Source of the DNA: an uncultured Planctomycetia bacterium
Lineage (GTDB): Bacteria > Omnitrophota > Gorgyraeia > 2-02-FULL-51-18 > JAGOUK01
NCBI GenBank assembly: GCA_964430735.1
Contig: CAYSFB010000002.1
Location: 222,027 to 286,026, forward strand
Direction of reading: 5' to 3'
Length of the DNA stretch: 64,000 bases
The translations under genes and the position numbers were made by a program. This document shows, piece by piece, positions 35,652 through 44,562 of this stretch. The notes under the pieces are model-generated. The model saw nothing but the letters and a program-made list of their open reading frames with translations. It ran no database searches and had not been told where the DNA came from. How positions within the stretch are numbered: the stretch's first letter is position 1; each line of letters starts with the position of its first letter.

Positions 35652-37100
35652 TTAAACGGAGAGGAGAGAGGACTGGCCGACCAGATAGAGGTCGACGCAG
35701 CGGGCGGCCTTGCGGCCTTCCTGGATGGCCCAGACGACCAGGGATTGGCCGCGAGTCATGTCGCCGGCGACAAAGACGCCGGGGACGGAAGTCATTTTGT
35801 TGGCGTCGGCCTTGACGTTGCCGCGCTCATCGAGCGCGACGCCGAGTTCTTCCAGCATGCCGTTCTTCACGGGTCCGAGGAAGCCCATCGCCAAGAGGAC
35901 CAGGTCGCATTCCAGCTCGAATTCGGAACCCGGAACTTCCTTCATCGCGGAGCGGCCGGTGGCCGGGTCCTTGGGTCCGAATTCGAGCTTTACGGCGTGG
36001 AGCTTCTTGAGCTTGCCGTTTTCGCCGGAGAACTTCTTGGTCGAGACAGAATAGAATTGTTCGACACCTTCCTCGTGGGAAGTCGACGTGCGCTTGATGA
36101 AGGCCCACTGGGGCCAGGGGTTGTCGGCCGCGCGTTCCTTGGGCGGTTCGGGCATGAGCTCGAACTGCTTCACGGAAACGGCGCCCTGACGGTTCGACGT
36201 ACCGAGGCAGTCGGAGCCGGTGTCGCCGCCGCCGAGAATGATGACCTTCTTCCCCTTCGCGGAGATCTGCTTGGTCGGGTCCTGCTTAAAGCCGCGGTTC
36301 GAAAGATTCTGCTGCGGAAGGAACTGCATCGCCTGGTAAATGCCTTCGAGTTCGCGGCCCGGGATCGGAAGATCGCGCGCCTGTTCGGCTCCGCCGCAAA
36401 GCACGACCGCGTCGTTCTGGCGGCGCAGATCCTGCGCGCTCATCGTGACGCCGATGTGGACGCCGGTCTTGAAGATCACGCCTTCGGCGCGCATCCGGTC
36501 CAGACGCCGTTCGACGACGGTCTTTTCCAGTTTGAAGTCGGGAATGCCGAGCGCCAGCAGGCCGCCGAGGACGGCGTTCTTTTCGTAAACGGTAACGGTG
36601 TGGCCGGCTTTGTTCAGCTGGTCGGCGCAGGCGAGGCCTGAGGGGCCGGAACCGACGACCGCGACCTTCTTGCCGGTGCGGTGCTTGGGCGGGTTGGGCT
36701 TGATCCAGCCCTGGCCGTACGCGTGTTCGACGATCGAGACTTCGATGTTCTTGATCGTGACGGCCGGCGCGTTGATGCCGAGCACGCAGGAGTTCTCGCA
36801 CGGAGCCGGACAAACGCGGCCGGTGAATTCGGGAAAATTATTGGTGCGGTGCAGGCGCTCGATCGCCTCTTCCCAGCGGTTGTTGAACACGAGGTCGTTC
36901 CAATCGGGAATCACGTTTCCGATCGGGCAGCCGGACATGCAGAACGGCACGCCGCAATCCATGCAGCGGGCTCCCTGCTTCTTCAACTCTTCTTCAGGCA
37001 GGAATTGCGTGAATTCGCGGTAATGCTTCACGCGCTCAAGCGGCTTCTCCTTGGAGAAGTCGACGCGGGTGAACTTCATGAACCCTTTGACGTCACCCAT
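35652..37100 (-). CDS. gltD: Glutamate synthase (NADPH) small subunit
   Basis: Fe-S Cys cluster CMDCGVPFCMSGCP...CPAPCENSC, and two dinucleotide-binding GxGxxG motifs (VAVVGSGPSGLACA, VIILGGGDTGSDC). Confidence 0.9.
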   Translation of the reverse strand: MGDVKGFMKFTRVDFSKEKPLERVKHYREFTQFLPEEELKKQGARCMDCGVPFCMSGCPIGNVIPDWNDLVFNNRWEEAIERLHRTNNFPEFTGRVCPAPCENSCVLGINAPAVTIKNIEVSIVEHAYGQGWIKPNPPKHRTGKKVAVVGSGPSGLACADQLNKAGHTVTVYEKNAVLGGLLALGIPDFKLEKTVVERRLDRMRAEGVIFKTGVHIGVTMSAQDLRRQNDAVVLCGGAEQARDLPIPGRELEGIYQAMQFLPQQNLSNRGFKQDPTKQISAKGKKVIILGGGDTGSDCLGTSNRQGAVSVKQFELMPEPPKERAADNPWPQWAFIKRTSTSHEEGVEQFYSVSTKKFSGENGKLKKLHAVKLEFGPKDPATGRSAMKEVPGSEFELECDLVLLAMGFLGPVKNGMLEELGVALDERGNVKADANKMTSVPGVFVAGDMTRGQSLVVWAIQEGRKAARCVDLYLVGQSSLLSV

Positions 37101-40100
37101 GGACGGGCTCCTTCGCTGACTGGCCGGCAGGCGCGTGGGCGGCCTTGGCGGCCTCTTCGAGCACGCGCTTGTAGTCGGTCGGATAAACCTTGGTGAATTC
37201 CTTGGCGGCGGCGGGCCAGCGGCTCAGGATCCCCTGCGCGACCGTGCTGCCGGTGAGCTGGGCGTGCTTTTCGATCAGGCCTTTGAGCTTGTTCAGGTCC
37301 GCCGCTTCGACGACGGGAACGAGCTCGACCATGCCCTTGTTGCAGCGCTTCTCAAAAGACTTGTCCTTGTCCCAGATGTACGCGATGCCGCCCGACATGC
37401 CGGCCGCGAAGTTGCGGCCCGTGGGACCGATGACGACAACGGTGCCGCCGGTCATGTATTCGCAGCCGTGGTCGCCCACGCCCTCGACGACCGTTTCGAC
37501 GCCCGAGTTGCGGACCGCGAAGCGTTCGCCGGCAAGGCCGCGCGCGAACAACTCGCCCTGAATGCCGCCGTAAAGAACGACGTTGCCGACGATCATGTTG
37601 TTTTCGGGGATGTACCGGGCGTTGCGGTCCGGGGCGACGACGATGCGTCCGCCGGAAAGGCCCTTGCCCACGTAATCGTTGGCGTCACCTTCGAGCTTGA
37701 GCGTCACGCCGCGCGACAAAAACGCGCCGAAGCTCTGACCGGCCGAACCGCGGAACTGGATCTCGATCGTGCCTTCCGGCAGGCCCTTCATCCCGTATTT
37801 CTTGGCGATGTCGGAGCTTAGGATCGTGCCGACGGTGCGGTTCGTGTTCTGAATCTTAAATTCGGCTTTGACCGGCTTCTGATGCTCGATCGCATCCTTG
37901 CAGGCTTCGAGCAGCTGCATGTCGAGCGCCTTGTCGAGCCCATGGTCCTGGCGGCCGGTGTGGCGGATCGCGACGGTCGCAGGGACGTCGGGGCGGTGCA
38001 GGATCTTGGAAAGGTCGAGGTGCTTGGCCTTCCAATGATCGACGTCGTCGCGCTGCTCGAGCCAGTCGACGCGGCCGACCAGGTCTTCAAATTTGCGGAC
38101 GCCGAGCTCGGCCATGATCTCGCGGACTTCTTCGGCGAGGTACATGAAGTAATTGACGACGTGTTCGGGTTTGCCGGTGAACTTCTTGCGGAGTTCCGGG
38201 TCCTGGGTCGCGATACCGACCGAGCAGGTGTTCAAATGGCATTTGCGGAGCAGGATGCAGCCCGACACGACCAGTGCCGAGGTCGAAAAGCCGAATTCGT
38301 CCGCGCCGAGCATGGCGGCGACCACAATGTCGCGGCCGGTCTTGAGCTGGCCGTCGGTCTGCACGCGGATGCGGCCGCGCAGGTCGTTGAGCACGAGCAC
38401 CTGCTGGGCTTCGGCGATGCCGAGCTCCATCGGAAGGCCCGCGTGCTTGATCGACGTCTGGGGCGAAGCACCCGTGCCACCTTCGAAGCCCGAGATGAGT
38501 ACGTGGTCGGACTTGCCCTTGGACACGCCCGCGGCGATGGTGCCGACGCCGATCTCGGACACGAGCTTCACCGACACGTCGGCGTGGCGGTTGGAATTCT
38601 TGAGGTCGTGGATGAGCTGCGCCAGATCTTCGATCGAATAAATGTCATGGTGCGGCGGGGGCGAAATGAGGCCGACACCCGGAGTCGTGAGACGGGTTCC
38701 GGCGATTTCTTTGGAGACCTTGTGGCCGGGCAGCTGACCGCCTTCGCCGGGCTTGGCGCCCTGCGCCATCTTGATCTGCAGCTGGTCGGCGTTGACGAGG
38801 TATTCGATCGTCACGCCGAAACGGCCTTGCGCGACCTGCTTGATGCGGCTGCGGCGCCAGTCTCCGTTGGCGTCTTTTTGATAACGCGCCGGATCTTCGC
38901 CGCCCTCGCCCGTGTTCGAGAAGCCGCCGAGGCGGTTCATCGCGATCGCGAGCGTTTCGTGCATTTCTTTGGAGATGGAGCCGTAGGACATGGCGCCCGT
39001 GGCGAAGCGCTTCACGATCTCCTTGGCCGGCTCGACCTGGTCGATGGCGATCGGCTCGCCCTTCTTGAAACGCAGGAGGCCGCGGATCGTCGCGATGTTC
39101 TGGGAATAGTTGTTCAGGACGGCGGTGTACTTTTTGAACGTCTTGTATTCGCCCGAGCGCACGGCGTGCTGGAGCAGCGCGATCGACTCGGGGTTGTACA
39201 TGTGGTGTTCGCCGTCGCGGCGCCAATGGTAGCTGCCGCCTTCTTCGAGTTCGGTCGGTCCGCCCTGCGTGTGCGGGTAGGCGCGTTCGTGCTTCAGGAG
39301 CGCTTCGCGCGCGACTTCCTCGATGCCGATGCCGCCGATGCGGGTCGGGGTCGCGGTAAAGTATTTTTCGATGAGCTTTTCGCTCAATCCCACGGCTTCG
39401 AAGATCTGCGCGCCGCAATAGGATTGGATGGTCGAGATGCCCATCTTGGACGTGATCTTGAAGAGACCTTTGCGCGCGGCCTTGACGAAGTTTTTCTTGG
39501 CGTGGGCGTAGTCGAGTTCCTTGCCGTAGTGGCCGACCTTGATCTCGTGCTCGATCGTCTCGAGCGCGAGGTAGGGGTTCACGGCGTTGGCGCCGTAACC
39601 GATGAGCGTCGCGAAATGGTGCATTTCGCGCGCTTCGCCGGTCTCGACGACGAGCGACACGCGGGTGCGGGTCCCCTTGCGGATGAAGTGGTGGTGCAGG
39701 CCGGCGGTCGCCAGGAGCGACGGGATCGCGGCGTGGCGCGCGTCGACTCCGCGGTCGGACAGGATGAGGATGGTCGCGCCGCGGCGTACGGCGTCGTCCG
39801 CGTCCTTAAAAAGCTTTTCCATCGCCGGCTCGAGGCCCTTGGTCCCCTGGTCGGCGCGGAACACGGTCTCGAGGGTCGCGGACTTGAGGCCCGGCGCTTC
39901 GAATTCGCGGATTTGCTCGAGCTCTTCGCTCGTCACGACCGGCAGCGGCAGGCGCAGGCGCCGCGCGTGCTCGGCCGTTTCGTCGAGCGTGTTCTGCTCG
40001 GCGCCGAGCATGACGTCCGAACCCATGATGATTTCTTCGCGGATCGCGTCGACGGGCGGATTCGTGACCTGGGCAAAAAGTTGCTTGAAGTAGTTGAACA

Positions 40101-41646
40101 GCGGCTGCGGCAGCTTCGAGAGCACCGCCAGCGGCGTGTCGTGGCCCATGGAACCGGTGGCTTCTTCGCCCTCGGCCATGGGCTTGAGGATGATCTTCAG
40201 GTCCTCGAGCGTGTAGCCAAACGCCATCTGCTTGGCGGACAGGTCGGCGGGCGCCGTGTGGCGCAGGTGCTTGGGCTTCGGAAGGTTCTGGAGGTCGGTG
40301 ATGTTTTTCTCGACCCACTGCTTGTAGGGCTTGCGGGTCGCAACCTCGTGCTTGATCTCGGCGTCTTCGACGATGCGGCCTTCATGCGTGTCGACGAGGA
40401 ACATCTTGCCCGGCTGCAGACGGCCGCGCGACAGGACGCGCGTCGGTTCGATGGGCAGCACGCCCGATTCGGACGCCATGACGACGAGGTCGTCGTCGGT
40501 CACGAGCCAGCGCGAGGGTCTGAGGCCGTTGCGGTCCAGGATGGCGCCGATGTAGCGGCCGTCCGTGAACGCGATCGCCGCGGGACCGTCCCACGGCTCC
40601 ATGAGGCAGGAATGGTATTCGTAAAACGCCTTCTTGTCGGCGTCCATCGACTCGTGTCCGCTCCAGGCTTCGGGCACCATCATCATGACGGCGTGCGGCA
40701 GCGAACGGCCCGAAAGGACGAGCAGCTCCAGCGCGTTGTCGAAGATCGCCGAGTCGGAACCGGCGAGGTTGAGCGTCGGGATGACTTTTTTGAGATCGTC
40801 GCCGAACTTGTCGCTGACGAACTGCTTTTCGCGGGCGCGCATCCAGTTGATGTTGCCGCGGAGCGTGTTGATTTCGCCGTTGTGCGCGATCATCCGGTAG
40901 GGATGCGCGAGCGACCAGCTCGGGAAGGTGTTCGTGCTGTAACGCGAGTGGACGAGCGCGATCGCCGAGACCATGTCCTCGTCGGACAGGTCCGGGAAGA
41001 AGCGGTCGACCTGCGGCGAGGTCAACTGCCCCTTGTAAATGAGCGTCCGGGCCGAAAGGGAGCATATATAGAAGTAGTCCCGCTGGCCGAGATTGGACTC
41101 GAGCACCTTGAGCTCGACGCGGCGGCGGATGACGTAGAGCTTGCGCTCGAATTCGAGGTCGTCACGGACGTCTTTGCCGCGGCCGATGAAGATCTGGCGG
41201 AATTCGGGTTCGACGGAGTGGGCCACATAACCGATCTGCTTGGAATCGTGCGGCACTTCGCGCCAGCCGAGGAAGCGCTGGCCTTCTTCGTGGATGACTT
41301 CTTCGAGCCACTCTTCGATGAGGTTCTTCTCGTCCTGGCGGGTCGGCAGGAACACAAGGCCGACGCCGTACTGGCCTTCTTTGGGAAGTTCGATGTGAAG
41401 CTTGGCGGCTTCGCGGCGGAGGAACTTGTCGGGCATCTGGATGAGGATGCCGGCGCCGTCGCCGGTGTTCGGATCGCAGCCGCAGGCGCCGCGATGCTCG
41501 AGATTTTCGAGGATCTGCAGACCGGACCGGACGATGCTGTGCGACTTCTTGCCCTTCAAATGCGCGACAAAGCCGACGCCGCAAGCGTCGTGCTCGTAGT
41601 AGGGATCGTAAAGGCCTTGTTTGGGGGGAAGTCCTGCGCCGGTCAT
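37093..41646 (-). CDS. gltB: Glutamate synthase large subunit
   Basis: Start at MTGAGLPPKQGLYDPYYEHDACGVGF (Ntn amidotransferase Cys). The track ORF adds 17 upstream codons. FMN and 3Fe-4S domain motifs are present. It overlaps gltD by 8 nt. Confidence 0.9.
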   Translation of the reverse strand: MTGAGLPPKQGLYDPYYEHDACGVGFVAHLKGKKSHSIVRSGLQILENLEHRGACGCDPNTGDGAGILIQMPDKFLRREAAKLHIELPKEGQYGVGLVFLPTRQDEKNLIEEWLEEVIHEEGQRFLGWREVPHDSKQIGYVAHSVEPEFRQIFIGRGKDVRDDLEFERKLYVIRRRVELKVLESNLGQRDYFYICSLSARTLIYKGQLTSPQVDRFFPDLSDEDMVSAIALVHSRYSTNTFPSWSLAHPYRMIAHNGEINTLRGNINWMRAREKQFVSDKFGDDLKKVIPTLNLAGSDSAIFDNALELLVLSGRSLPHAVMMMVPEAWSGHESMDADKKAFYEYHSCLMEPWDGPAAIAFTDGRYIGAILDRNGLRPSRWLVTDDDLVVMASESGVLPIEPTRVLSRGRLQPGKMFLVDTHEGRIVEDAEIKHEVATRKPYKQWVEKNITDLQNLPKPKHLRHTAPADLSAKQMAFGYTLEDLKIILKPMAEGEEATGSMGHDTPLAVLSKLPQPLFNYFKQLFAQVTNPPVDAIREEIIMGSDVMLGAEQNTLDETAEHARRLRLPLPVVTSEELEQIREFEAPGLKSATLETVFRADQGTKGLEPAMEKLFKDADDAVRRGATILILSDRGVDARHAAIPSLLATAGLHHHFIRKGTRTRVSLVVETGEAREMHHFATLIGYGANAVNPYLALETIEHEIKVGHYGKELDYAHAKKNFVKAARKGLFKITSKMGISTIQSYCGAQIFEAVGLSEKLIEKYFTATPTRIGGIGIEEVAREALLKHERAYPHTQGGPTELEEGGSYHWRRDGEHHMYNPESIALLQHAVRSGEYKTFKKYTAVLNNYSQNIATIRGLLRFKKGEPIAIDQVEPAKEIVKRFATGAMSYGSISKEMHETLAIAMNRLGGFSNTGEGGEDPARYQKDANGDWRRSRIKQVAQGRFGVTIEYLVNADQLQIKMAQGAKPGEGGQLPGHKVSKEIAGTRLTTPGVGLISPPPHHDIYSIEDLAQLIHDLKNSNRHADVSVKLVSEIGVGTIAAGVSKGKSDHVLISGFEGGTGASPQTSIKHAGLPMELGIAEAQQVLVLNDLRGRIRVQTDGQLKTGRDIVVAAMLGADEFGFSTSALVVSGCILLRKCHLNTCSVGIATQDPELRKKFTGKPEHVVNYFMYLAEEVREIMAELGVRKFEDLVGRVDWLEQRDDVDHWKAKHLDLSKILHRPDVPATVAIRHTGRQDHGLDKALDMQLLEACKDAIEHQKPVKAEFKIQNTNRTVGTILSSDIAKKYGMKGLPEGTIEIQFRGSAGQSFGAFLSRGVTLKLEGDANDYVGKGLSGGRIVVAPDRNARYIPENNMIVGNVVLYGGIQGELFARGLAGERFAVRNSGVETVVEGVGDHGCEYMTGGTVVVIGPTGRNFAAGMSGGIAYIWDKDKSFEKRCNKGMVELVPVVEAADLNKLKGLIEKHAQLTGSTVAQGILSRWPAAAKEFTKVYPTDYKRVLEEAAKAAHAPAGQSAKEPVHG

Positions 41647-41756
41647 AGATAGTTTAAGTCTGTCATTACTCCTGAAAAAGCAGGCATGAAAAACCAATTT
41701 GATATGAGCGGGTTATTCTACACATCCCCGAGCCGCCGACGCAAGCAAAAAGCTCG

Positions 41757-41938
41757 TTAAAACCCCTGAACGATGCCCAGCAGCTCTTCGAGATCGACCG
41801 GCTTCATCAGAATGGACGAAGCCCCGAGCTGGCGGAACCGGTCGTTCATCCGGTCGTCCCGGTAAGCCGTCATCAGGATGTACCGCGCATCCGGCCGGAG
41901 CGCCGCCGCGCGTTCCAAAAAGGCGTCCACATGTGGTT
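41757..41938 (-). pseudogene. 3' remnant of a response-regulator receiver-domain gene, truncated at the boundary of the low-GC patch
   Basis: It translates to ...AALRPDARYILMTAYRDDRMNDRFRQLGASSILMKPVDLEELLGIVQGF*, the alpha3-beta4-alpha4-beta5-alpha5 half of a REC domain ending KP...eL. There is no N-terminal half. Upstream sequence from ~41940 abruptly turns AT-rich. Confidence 0.6.
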
Positions 41939-41977
41939 GTAGTAGATATGATTCTTTTTAAAAATTGAGATCTGGGG

Positions 41978-42427
41978 CTAGGATGATGGCTGGGTCGCGA
42001 GCCTTTGACGGAGAGAATCGGCCTTAGATTTGAGAGCCTTTTGGCGATCTTCGTTCATTGTGGCAATCGAGGCGTATTCGTAATTGTCAGCGGCGTTATT
42101 TAGATCGCCCATCTCTTCGTAGGTTTGGGCGATGTAATCGAGAGCAATGGCCTGCGCAGGTCTGATTAGTGCATATTTTTTAAGGGCTTCTGTGTAAGCG
42201 CTAATCGCCATTTCATATTCACCAGTCTTTCGATAAGCATCACCCTGATGTTTTAACTCCAGGAAGCGGTCGGCTTGTTCATAATTATTTCTAAAATGAC
42301 TGGTCTTTTGATTTAAGCCGGTCGGTAGATTGGATTTTTTGTCGTTAGTCTGACTTCCGCTTGTGTTGCACCCAGCAAGAGCGCATAACTGAATCAGAAG
42401 TAGTCCGTGTATCAACCGATTTTTCAT
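41978..42427 (-). CDS. TPR-repeat lipoprotein, 149 aa
   Basis: Lipobox LCALAGC. TPR-like helices (YRKTGEYEMAISAYTEALKKYA...). Low-GC codon usage. Confidence 0.6.
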   Translation of the reverse strand: MKNRLIHGLLLIQLCALAGCNTSGSQTNDKKSNLPTGLNQKTSHFRNNYEQADRFLELKHQGDAYRKTGEYEMAISAYTEALKKYALIRPAQAIALDYIAQTYEEMGDLNNAADNYEYASIATMNEDRQKALKSKADSLRQRLATQPSS

Positions 42428-42440
42428 ACTGCCCTCTTGA

Positions 42441-42650
42441 AACCGGACACCCTCCCCTCCTAGCTAAAAAGGGAGGGATTACTGGGGAAAGTACCCGGTT
42501 TATACTTGCGGGCCATGAGGAACTCTTTTCATTATTTATATCACAGTTCATGGGCCGCGAAGGCGGGAGCTGTCACAAAATACTGTTAAGACTAGGGCCT
42601 GACTGCTGACCGCTCCCTTTTTGGGTTACTGGGGAGGGCGCCTAGTTTAC
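42441..42650. repeat. ~210-bp direct repeat, copy 1, immediately upstream of TPR lipoprotein gene 1
   Basis: About 96% identical to 43311..43520. It contains the hairpin CCCTCCC-N14-GGGAGGG and an identical 24-codon ORF (MRNSFHYLYHSSWAAKAGAVTKYC) on the plus strand. Confidence 0.8.
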
Positions 42651-42755
42651 AGTATCCATTAATTATCAAATAATTTTCAATACTTAACTTTAGCTACAAT
42701 CTATTACTTGTGGTACTTGAGTCTTTGGCTACAAGATGTGGAATCAAGCCCAATT

Positions 42756-43253
42756 TTAAATTTGGTTTGACTCTTGAGCCGATACAGAAGATCTAGATTG
42801 GCTGATGGCTTTGATTTTAAGGGCAGAAATTTTTGATTCGTACTCGGGGCGGGCGTAATCTTTTGGAGGGGAGGACTCTAAATGTTCAATAGCCTTTCCA
42901 TAATCACCAATGGCTTCATAGGAGGCCGCCAATCCTCGATGCGCTTCCCAGGCAACTCCAGGAAAAGCAAGTAAGGTTTTATAGTGCTCAATTGCCTCGA
43001 ACCATCTTTCTTGCTGCTCAAGCTCCCTGCCCTTCCGAAGTGGGGCATTCTCTTCATGAGCGGCTTGGACTAACTGAGTGAGATTGGTGGCCTGCTTTTC
43101 CGACGCGCCGCCCACGATTAAATGACTTCCTTCACCTGTGCGAGCCACATTATTTCCAGAACCAACTGACTCGCGCATATTTTCTTCTGGCAGATGCAAT
43201 GTGCACCCCGACAAAATCGACACTAAAATTATGAACGTAAGTATTTGTCGCAT
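42756..43253 (-). CDS. TPR-like lipoprotein, 165 aa
   Basis: Lipobox ILSGC. TPR-like helices (WFEAIEHYKTLLAF, AASYEAIGDYGKAIEHL). Low-GC codon usage. Confidence 0.55.
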   Translation of the reverse strand: MRQILTFIILVSILSGCTLHLPEENMRESVGSGNNVARTGEGSHLIVGGASEKQATNLTQLVQAAHEENAPLRKGRELEQQERWFEAIEHYKTLLAFPGVAWEAHRGLAASYEAIGDYGKAIEHLESSPPKDYARPEYESKISALKIKAISQSRSSVSAQESNQI

Positions 43254-43310
43254 AGCTCATTGCACCTTATCGGGATCAAGAATATACCGTTTTGATTCAC
43301 TGTCGTAAGA

Positions 43311-43520
43311 AACGGGACGCCCTCCCCTTCTAGCTAAAAAGGGAGGGATTGCTGGGGAAAGTACCCGGTTTATACTTGCTGGCCATGAGGAACTCTTTTC
43401 ATTATTTATATCACAGTTCATGGGCCGCGAAGGCGGGAGCTGTCACAAAATACTGTTAAGACTAGGGCCTGACTGCTGACCGCTCCCTTTTTGGGTTACT
43501 GGGGAGGGCGTCTGGTTTAC
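43311..43520. repeat. ~210-bp direct repeat, copy 2, immediately upstream of TPR lipoprotein gene 2 and 4 nt downstream of the TolB-like gene
   Basis: Near-identical to 42441..42650. Confidence 0.8.
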
Positions 43521-43523
43521 GGC

Positions 43524-44558
43524 TTACTCGCTCCAGTGCGGGGTCTCGTCAGTAGCCCAGCCGCGGCCAGGATCTTTAGCGTGGCTCGGGAGCTTCTTGG
43601 CGGGAGTAATTTGGACTTCTTCGCCGGTTTCAAGGTTCAGGGCATAGAGCTCAGCCCCTGCATAGGGATAGATATGTCGATAGGATACATAGCAAATCCA
43701 TTTGCCATCCGGAGAAAAAACGGCATCCTGATCACTCCAGGGACCAAAAGTGACTTGTCTAGCGTCGCCTGATTCAAAATCATAGATGAATATTTTTGAC
43801 TGCTCATGTATACGCTCGCCTTGTTGGTTTAGGGGTGAGGCGTAGGCGAGTTTCTTGCCGTCCGGAGAGAATGCACCTCCATGAGCTGCTCTAGCAATAA
43901 GCCTGTTGTCAGTGCCATTAGATTTAATAGTCCAAACGCTGAACACTCCATATTCTTTCTCGCCCATCATTGCATATGACAATAGTCCTCTCGCATCGTT
44001 GAAGTTGAGCTGTGTAATTTGCCTGCTGCCGGGCATTGGTGTTAGGTTTGATATTTTAGTTAAATTATTGTCTTGTAAGTAATAGATGTTATCGCTTCCG
44101 CCGGCGGGTTCTGACGCATCAAAACGCACGACATACGCACCGCCGCGGGTCAAGATTGCTCTACTCCCATCAAGATAGTAATTTGCCTTCTCCGGCTGTC
44201 TCAAATCAACAACACCGAACTTGCGTCCGGATCTCACCAATACTTCATTGCCCCCTGAAGTCAAACGCGGTTGTTCGTACCCCCCAAATGCTCCGCCGAG
44301 GAAAGATGGGACCCCTTGTGGCATTGGGTTTTCAGAATCACTCTTGGATAAAACCTTCTTGATGGCACCTTTCTCGAAGAGCCACACTTCCCCCCTGCCC
44401 CCATCTCGATTAGAGATAAAAACAATTTTGCCAGAGAGCTCTGCCGCTCTCGAATCCACAGCTTCTTTGGGCAATCCTTTGATCTCGGACTTATCGCTCT
44501 TGGCACATCCCGCTGTAAAAAAAATGGCGACTGCCAAAACTACTCTTAAATAAATCAT
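43524..44558 (-). CDS. TolB-like beta-propeller lipoprotein (PD40/WD40-like repeats)
   Basis: Start at MIYLRVVLAVAIFFTAGC (lipobox), 4 nt after the stop of the giant gene. PD40-like repeats FSPDGKKLAYAS and FSPDGKWICYVS. Confidence 0.65.
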   Translation of the reverse strand: MIYLRVVLAVAIFFTAGCAKSDKSEIKGLPKEAVDSRAAELSGKIVFISNRDGGRGEVWLFEKGAIKKVLSKSDSENPMPQGVPSFLGGAFGGYEQPRLTSGGNEVLVRSGRKFGVVDLRQPEKANYYLDGSRAILTRGGAYVVRFDASEPAGGSDNIYYLQDNNLTKISNLTPMPGSRQITQLNFNDARGLLSYAMMGEKEYGVFSVWTIKSNGTDNRLIARAAHGGAFSPDGKKLAYASPLNQQGERIHEQSKIFIYDFESGDARQVTFGPWSDQDAVFSPDGKWICYVSYRHIYPYAGAELYALNLETGEEVQITPAKKLPSHAKDPGRGWATDETPHWSE

Positions 44559-44562
44559 ATGG

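Noticed and set aside
37882-41652. 1256-aa plus-strand ORF
   Set aside because: It is antisense to gltB, which is highly conserved. It is a spurious open frame caused by GC-rich codon bias.
42361-42609. 82-aa ORF, and a conserved 24-codon ORF inside the 210-bp repeat
   Set aside because: The conservation between copies is explained by duplication of the whole element. The longer ORF overlaps the TPR gene start in antisense. It is kept only as a note inside the repeat finding.
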